Shown: positions 59,613 to 64,000 of the stretch, one piece after another
Numbering within the stretch: position 1 is the stretch's first letter
Layout of the letters: the number at the start of each line of letters is the position of its first letter
Assembly (NCBI GenBank): GCA_903871775.1
Contig: CAIQIA010000020.1
Location: 26,087-90,086, forward strand
From: an uncultured cyanobacterium
GTDB taxonomy: Bacteria; Cyanobacteriota; Cyanobacteriia; PCC-6307; Cyanobiaceae
Direction: 5' to 3'
DNA: 64,000 nt
The notes under the pieces: model-generated
Seen by the model: only the letters and a program-made list of their open reading frames with translations
Databases searched by the model: none
What the model was told of the DNA's origin: nothing
Position numbers and translations under genes: made by a program

Positions 59613-60883
59613 CGGCGGAAGGGATCGCCCCGCTGGGAGCGGCGTTGCACCGAAGCCACCAGGCCGATGCAGAGAAAGTTGACGAGCATGGCGAAGCGGC
59701 CGTAGCTCATCCACGGCAGCGGGATGCCCGTGACAGGCCCCAGGCCGATCGTCATCGAGATGTTGACCACGATCTGGAAGACCAGCATCGCCAGCACCCC
59801 GATCACCACGAGGGATTCGAAGTCGGTGCGGGCCCGGCCGGCGATCTGCAGCAGCTTCCACGACAGGGCGCCGTAGAGCAGCAGCAGCAGCATGCAGCCC
59901 ACGAAACCGGTCTCTTCGCCCATGGCGCTGAAGATGAAGTCGGTGTGCTGCTCGGGGATGAACTGCAGTTTCGTGAGGTGTCCCCGCATCAGGCCGGTCC
60001 CCAGCAGTTCCCCCGAGCCGATGCCGATGCGGCTCTGGATCAGGTGGTAGCCCCCCCCCAGGGGATCCTTGGAGGGATCCAGAAAGAGCACCAGCCGGTC
60101 CTTCTGGTAGTCCTTGAGGCCGTGGCTCCAGAGGTAGGGGGTCAGCACCGCGAAGAGGCTGTTCACCGCCAGCACCACCGCCACCCCCAGGCGCTTCCAG
60201 GGGAGGCTGCGCCAGGCCAGCACGGTGAGACCCACGAACCAGGGAATCAGCAGCGGCTGCACGGTCCCGGCCACGATCGCCGTCGGCAGGGGCGAGATCA
60301 GCAGCAGCAGCCAGGGCAGGGTGAGCCCCGACCAGAACAGCATCACCAGGGAAATGGCGCCGAACACCAGCGAGGTGCCCAGGTCGGGCTGGATGAACAC
60401 CAGTGCCCAGGGCACCAGGATCACCCCGAGGGGCCTCAGCAGGTCGGCGGGTTTCTCGATCGGCTGGCGGGCCAGCATCCCCGCCAGCAGCAGGATGGCC
60501 GCCAGTTTGGCGAATTCGGAGGGTTGCACATGCAGCCCCCCAATCGAGATCCAGCGCTGGGCCCCCAGGGCGCTGGTGCCCACGGCCCGCACCGCCACCA
60601 GGCTGAGGATGGTGAGGCCGTAGATCGGCACGAGCAGCTGCTCGAGGCGCTGCAGGTCGATGCGCGAGAGCAGGACCGCCGCCCCCAGGCCCACGGCGCC
60701 GGTGATCCAGTGGTTTTCCCAGTCGGCCAGGTTCGAGGCCCGCTGGGTGCTGGCGATGAGCACGCCGGCCAGCAGGGTGATCAGCACCGGCACGCCCCAG
60801 AGGATCAGGTCGGGACCAGGCCTGCGGCGGGCCTGGCCGCGGCCCTGGGAGAACAGTCGCTGGGGCTGACCGGGCAGGGGCAT
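59609..60883 (-). CDS. rodA: SEDS-family peptidoglycan glycosyltransferase RodA/FtsW
   Basis: IGGLHVQPSEFAKLAAILLLA, PDLGTSLV and HTDFIFSAMGEETGFVG are present in a multi-TM protein. Confidence 0.9.
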   Translation of the reverse strand: MPLPGQPQRLFSQGRGQARRRPGPDLILWGVPVLITLLAGVLIASTQRASNLADWENHWITGAVGLGAAVLLSRIDLQRLEQLLVPIYGLTILSLVAVRAVGTSALGAQRWISIGGLHVQPSEFAKLAAILLLAGMLARQPIEKPADLLRPLGVILVPWALVFIQPDLGTSLVFGAISLVMLFWSGLTLPWLLLLISPLPTAIVAGTVQPLLIPWFVGLTVLAWRSLPWKRLGVAVVLAVNSLFAVLTPYLWSHGLKDYQKDRLVLFLDPSKDPLGGGYHLIQSRIGIGSGELLGTGLMRGHLTKLQFIPEQHTDFIFSAMGEETGFVGCMLLLLLYGALSWKLLQIAGRARTDFESLVVIGVLAMLVFQIVVNISMTIGLGPVTGIPLPWMSYGRFAMLVNFLCIGLVASVQRRSQRGDPFRR

Positions 60884-60887
60884 CGGT

Positions 60888-61958
60888 TCAGGCCGCCTGG
60901 CCGGCGGTGGTGGGGCTCAGGGCCCGGGCGGCGTCTCGGAAGGCCACGGCGGCGGCGCTGTCGGGTCGCGCCAGGGTGACCGGCCGGCCGCTGTCTCCGC
61001 CCTCCTGCACCGGCAGTTCGATCGGGATGCGGGCCAGCAGGGGCACACCGGCCTCCGCGGCCAGGGTCTGGCCGCCATCGCTGCCGAAAATGGCGTAGCG
61101 CCGATCGGGCAGGTCCGGCGGGCTGAACCAGCTCATGTTCTCGACGACGCCGAGGATCGGGATGCCCATCTGGCGGAACATGGCGAGGCCCCGGCGGGCA
61201 TCCTGCAGGGCCACCTGCTGGGGCGTGGTGACGATGACGACACCGGCCATCGGCACGGCCTGGGCCAGGCTGAGCTGGGCATCGCCGGTGCCGGGGGGCA
61301 GGTCAACGACCAGCACGTCCCGTTCACCCCACTCCACCTGATAGAGGAACTGGCGGATGATGCCGTTGAGCATCGGGCCTCGCCAGATCACGGGCTGGTC
61401 GGGGCCGATCAGCAGGCCCATCGAGACCATCGCCAGGCCGCAGGTCTCGATCGGCTCGAGCCGCTGGCCGTCGCCGCTGCCGCTCACCGCCGGGGTGCGG
61501 TCGGCCACCCCGAGCATCAGCGGGGCATTGGGGCCGTAGATGTCGGCATCGAGGAGCCCCACCCGCAGGCCCTCGGCGGCCAGGGCGCAGGCCAGGTTCA
61601 CCGCCACCGTGCTCTTGCCGACGCCCCCCTTGCCGCTGCTGACGGCGATCACGGTGCGCACGCCGGGGATCGCCTGCAGCGTCGGCCCTGTCGCCGATGG
61701 GCCCGCCGGTGAGGCCGGCGCGTCGCGGAGCTCGAACTGCACCGAGGCGATCCCCTCGAGACCCACGAGCCGCTCGCGCACCCCGGCGACGATGGCGTCG
61801 CGCTGGGAGGCGGCGAACCCGGGGAGGACCAGGTCGATCAGGGCCCGGTCCCCCTGCAGCCGCAGGTTGGCGAGCCAGCCCAGGTCGAGCAGGCTGCGGC
61901 CGCTGCCGGCATCCCTCAGATCCGCGAGGGCCTGCCGGGCCGCTTCCGCCGTGACCAT
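60888..61958 (-). CDS. mrp: Mrp/ApbC/NBP35-family Fe-S cluster carrier ATPase
   Basis: An N-terminal DUF59-like domain is followed by IAVSSGKGGVGKSTVAVNLA (deviant Walker A) and DLPPGTGD. Confidence 0.9.
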   Translation of the reverse strand: MVTAEAARQALADLRDAGSGRSLLDLGWLANLRLQGDRALIDLVLPGFAASQRDAIVAGVRERLVGLEGIASVQFELRDAPASPAGPSATGPTLQAIPGVRTVIAVSSGKGGVGKSTVAVNLACALAAEGLRVGLLDADIYGPNAPLMLGVADRTPAVSGSGDGQRLEPIETCGLAMVSMGLLIGPDQPVIWRGPMLNGIIRQFLYQVEWGERDVLVVDLPPGTGDAQLSLAQAVPMAGVVIVTTPQQVALQDARRGLAMFRQMGIPILGVVENMSWFSPPDLPDRRYAIFGSDGGQTLAAEAGVPLLARIPIELPVQEGGDSGRPVTLARPDSAAAVAFRDAARALSPTTAGQAA

Positions 61959-62053
61959 GCCGCTTCACCCTGCTGCTGATCCCCCGATCCTAGGCAGGGA
62001 AGCCATGACAGCCGCTTACAGGGCCTTGTCCGGGGCCGGGTGGGCCTGAAAGG

Positions 62054-63106
62054 GTGTGGGCATCCCCCCGTGACCCCGTGACCCTCACCCCGCCGCCGGC
62101 CGATTCCCGTCAACGCATGAAGGCCCTGCTGATGGGTCTCCAGGACAGCATCTGTGCCGGGCTCGAGGCCCTGGATGGCGAGGGTCGCTTCCGTGAGGAC
62201 AGCTGGGAGCGGCCCGAGGGAGGGGGTGGTCGCTCCCGGGTGCTGCGGGAGGGCCGCATCTTCGAGCAGGGAGGGGTGAACTTCTCCGAGGTGGAGGGGG
62301 AGAACCTGCCCCCGTCGATCCTCGGCCAGCGGCCCGAGGCCGAGGGGCACCGCTGGTTCGCCACCGGCACGTCGATGGTGCTGCACCCCCGCAGCCCGTG
62401 GCTGCCCACCGTGCATCTCAACTACCGCTATTTCGAGGCCGGTCCGGTGTGGTGGTTCGGCGGCGGCGCCGACCTGACGCCCTATTACCCGTTTCTGGAG
62501 GATGCCCAGCACTTCCACGCCACCCTCAAAGGGGCCTGCGACAGCGTCGACCCCGGGTATTACCCGGTGTTCAAACCCTGGTGCGATGAGTACTTCTTTC
62601 TGAAGCACCGGGGCGAGACCCGGGGGGTGGGCGGCATCTTCTACGACTACCAGGAGCCCGGAGGGGCGCTGTACCGCGGCCAGGATCCGCGGGGGCCCGC
62701 CGCCGTCGCGGGGGCCGGGCTCACCCCCCCCCGGGACTGGGAGGCGCTGCACAACCTGGCGGCGGCCTGCGGTGGTGCCTTTCTGCCCAGCTACGTGCCC
62801 ATCGTCGAGCGGCGCCAGGGGCTGGCCTGGGGGGACCGGGAGCGGCAGTTCCAGCTCTACCGGCGGGGGCGCTATGTGGAGTTCAATCTGGTGTTCGACC
62901 GGGGCACGATCTTCGGCCTGCAGACCAACGGCCGCACCGAATCGATCCTGATGTCGCTGCCGCCGCTGGTGCGCTGGGAATACGCCTACACGCCGGAAGC
63001 CGGCAGCCGCGAAGCCCTGCTCACCGACCTGTTCACCCGCCCCCAGGACTGGCTGGGGGATGGCTCACTGCTGGAACGCTGTGCCCCCCACGGGGCCGTC
63101 GGCTGA
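62054..63106 (+). CDS. hemF: Oxygen-dependent coproporphyrinogen III oxidase
   Basis: [57 protein letters not shown] and [23 protein letters not shown] are present. GTG start (alternative starts lie just downstream). Confidence 0.95.
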   Translation: MWASPRDPVTLTPPPADSRQRMKALLMGLQDSICAGLEALDGEGRFREDSWERPEGGGGRSRVLREGRIFEQGGVNFSEVEGENLPPSILGQRPEAEGHRWFATGTSMVLHPRSPWLPTVHLNYRYFEAGPVWWFGGGADLTPYYPFLEDAQHFHATLKGACDSVDPGYYPVFKPWCDEYFFLKHRGETRGVGGIFYDYQEPGGALYRGQDPRGPAAVAGAGLTPPRDWEALHNLAAACGGAFLPSYVPIVERRQGLAWGDRERQFQLYRRGRYVEFNLVFDRGTIFGLQTNGRTESILMSLPPLVRWEYAYTPEAGSREALLTDLFTRPQDWLGDGSLLERCAPHGAVG

Positions 63107-63859
63107 CCCTCGCCGCAGGGCCTGAACCACCCGACGGGCGATCGCGTCGAGGGTGGCCTCGCGGCGGCGGGGGTCCCGCAGGCCTGCCTCCAGGGGGCCC
63201 TCGAGCTTGCCGATCTCCAGCAGCGAGATGCCGAGGCGGGGGCCGCCGAGAATGTCCCGATGGTCCCAGGGGAAGGCGCCGAACTCGGCGGCCAGGGCCT
63301 CATCGAACCGCGAGAAGCCGTACAGCACCCCGGGGATGACCCCCGGACCAATGCCGTCGGGGCCGTAGGCGTCGTAGTGGATCTCGAGGGCGTACCCACC
63401 GGCCTCGGCGTGGCGGGCGCCGATGCTCCAGTTGGTGCGGGGGTCGGTCGCGTCGACGATCGTGCGCAGGCCCGGGTCGTAGAAGCGGATGTTGAGCCCT
63501 TCCCGCTGGCCGATCTCGACCACCCGCCGGGCGGTGAGCAGGTTCCAGTGCAGCTCATCGGTGATGCCCGGCTGCATCGGGGCGGCGCCCCCCAGGGCGA
63601 CGGCGGCTCCGGGGGTGCCCGATCCTTCGATCTGCTGCGAGTCGGCGTGGCCCGCCATCACCAGGATCGGCAGGGAGGCGTCGTGGCTGCGGCTGCCGAC
63701 CCAGTTCTTGCCCCGACCGCGCTGGGCCGGCAGCGGCGGAAGCGCCGGGCGGCCGCGGCTGGGGGCGCTGATGCTGTTGAGCACGTCGAGCAGGCCCTGG
63801 GCCCGGCCCGGAACGGCGGTGAGCAGCAGCAGGATCAGCAGGGGGGCGAAGCGTCCCAC
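63065..63859 (-). CDS. Exported N-acetylmuramoyl-L-alanine amidase-like protein (Amidase_3-like)
   Basis: It has a signal peptide ([19 protein letters not shown]). [19 protein letters not shown] and [10 protein letters not shown] appear in the order of the Zn-ligand His/Glu/His positions. It overlaps the hemF 3' end by 42 nt. Confidence 0.5.
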   Translation of the reverse strand: MGRFAPLLILLLLTAVPGRAQGLLDVLNSISAPSRGRPALPPLPAQRGRGKNWVGSRSHDASLPILVMAGHADSQQIEGSGTPGAAVALGGAAPMQPGITDELHWNLLTARRVVEIGQREGLNIRFYDPGLRTIVDATDPRTNWSIGARHAEAGGYALEIHYDAYGPDGIGPGVIPGVLYGFSRFDEALAAEFGAFPWDHRDILGGPRLGISLLEIGKLEGPLEAGLRDPRRREATLDAIARRVVQALRRGSADGPVGGTAFQQ

Positions 63860-63888
63860 ATGCGGTGATCGGGGCGCCCCAGTTTCGC

Positions 63889-64000
63889 TCAGATGGGGGA
63901 CTGGAGCAGTCGCCCATCCGACCGCAGGTTCAGGCTCCGGCCCAGCTCCTGTTCCAGGGCGATCAGCTCATCCCGGTGGGCCCGCAGCCGCAGGGTCGTG
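63889..64000 (-). CDS. 3' end of an unidentified CDS that begins beyond the window
   Basis: Manual reverse translation gives an open frame ...TTLRLRAHRDELIALEQELGRSLNLRSDGRLLQSPI with the stop at 63889-63891. Confidence 0.35.
   Translation of the reverse strand, partial: TTLRLRAHRDELIALEQELGRSLNLRSDGRLLQSPI

Noticed and set aside
58206-60979. Plus-strand ORFs of 499 aa and 555 aa (58206..59705 and 59312..60979)
   Set aside because: They lie antisense to the histidine kinase and rodA genes. Their products are R/G/P/Q-rich low complexity.
63065-63106. Convergent 3'-end overlaps: hemF/amidase-like 42 nt, larE-like/speD 19 nt, recA/hypothetical 26 nt, and the pilin-like ORF/recF 41 nt
   Set aside because: Stop codons are rare in high-GC DNA, so C-terminal run-on and short convergent overlaps are common. 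I see no evidence of functional antisense regulation.
1-64000. Search for CRISPR arrays, IS elements, integrases, prophage genes and rRNA
   Set aside because: I saw no regularly spaced direct repeats and no transposase, integrase or phage-like translations, including next to the three tRNA genes. No rRNA-like sequence is present.

Overview
The window is a high-GC segment (most sampled blocks 60-72% GC) of picocyanobacterial core chromosome, Synechococcus/Cyanobium-like. This assignment rests on photosystem I genes, NDH-1 and clock-related genes, and gene order. It holds about 75 protein genes and 3 tRNAs. I saw no rRNA, CRISPR array, transposase, integrase or phage genes.

Main blocks:
- A partial cbiG/cobJ, then psaA-psaB with a tandem-hairpin terminator.
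- An orphan RND pump, then psaI-psaL.
- A cell-wall-flavoured cluster: GT2, NlpC/P60, a beta-lactamase-like hydrolase and alr.
- A long minus-strand ribosomal superoperon, rplC to rplQ-truA-rplM-rpsI-rpmE-prfA, which includes secY, adk and rpoA.
- ndhN-ldpA-ycf45, recA and tyrA.
- A CAAD/CurT-like protein beside a JAB-MoeB(rhodanese) pair.
- cobO, a larE-like gene, speD and recF.
- A 4-nt-overlap chain trpE-gshA-ppc-GNAT, then psaD, a soluble histidine kinase, rodA, mrp and hemF.

Many ORF-track entries are GC-driven shadow ORFs antisense to real genes, and I rejected them. Several real genes start inside longer ORFs (psaA, psaI, rpmE, rpsM, rplO, rplF, rplV, rplC, ndhN, speD, psaD). rpmJ is absent from the track and the partial cbiG/cobJ is absent too.

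I see no convincing novel multi-gene system such as a defence island. The items most worth a second look:
- secY is a sharp low-GC outlier inside the ribosomal cluster.
- A decaying vapBC-like module has an in-frame TAG in the antitoxin.
- Two exported proteins are translationally coupled, and one carries an HExxH motif.
- A JAB/E1-rhodanese pair has no ubiquitin-like partner gene nearby.
- A 64-aa ORF has a prepilin-like N-terminus.
- A DinG-like protein and a histidine kinase both appear to have degenerate nucleotide-binding motifs.

All calls come from reading translations and sequence by eye. No searches or computations were run.
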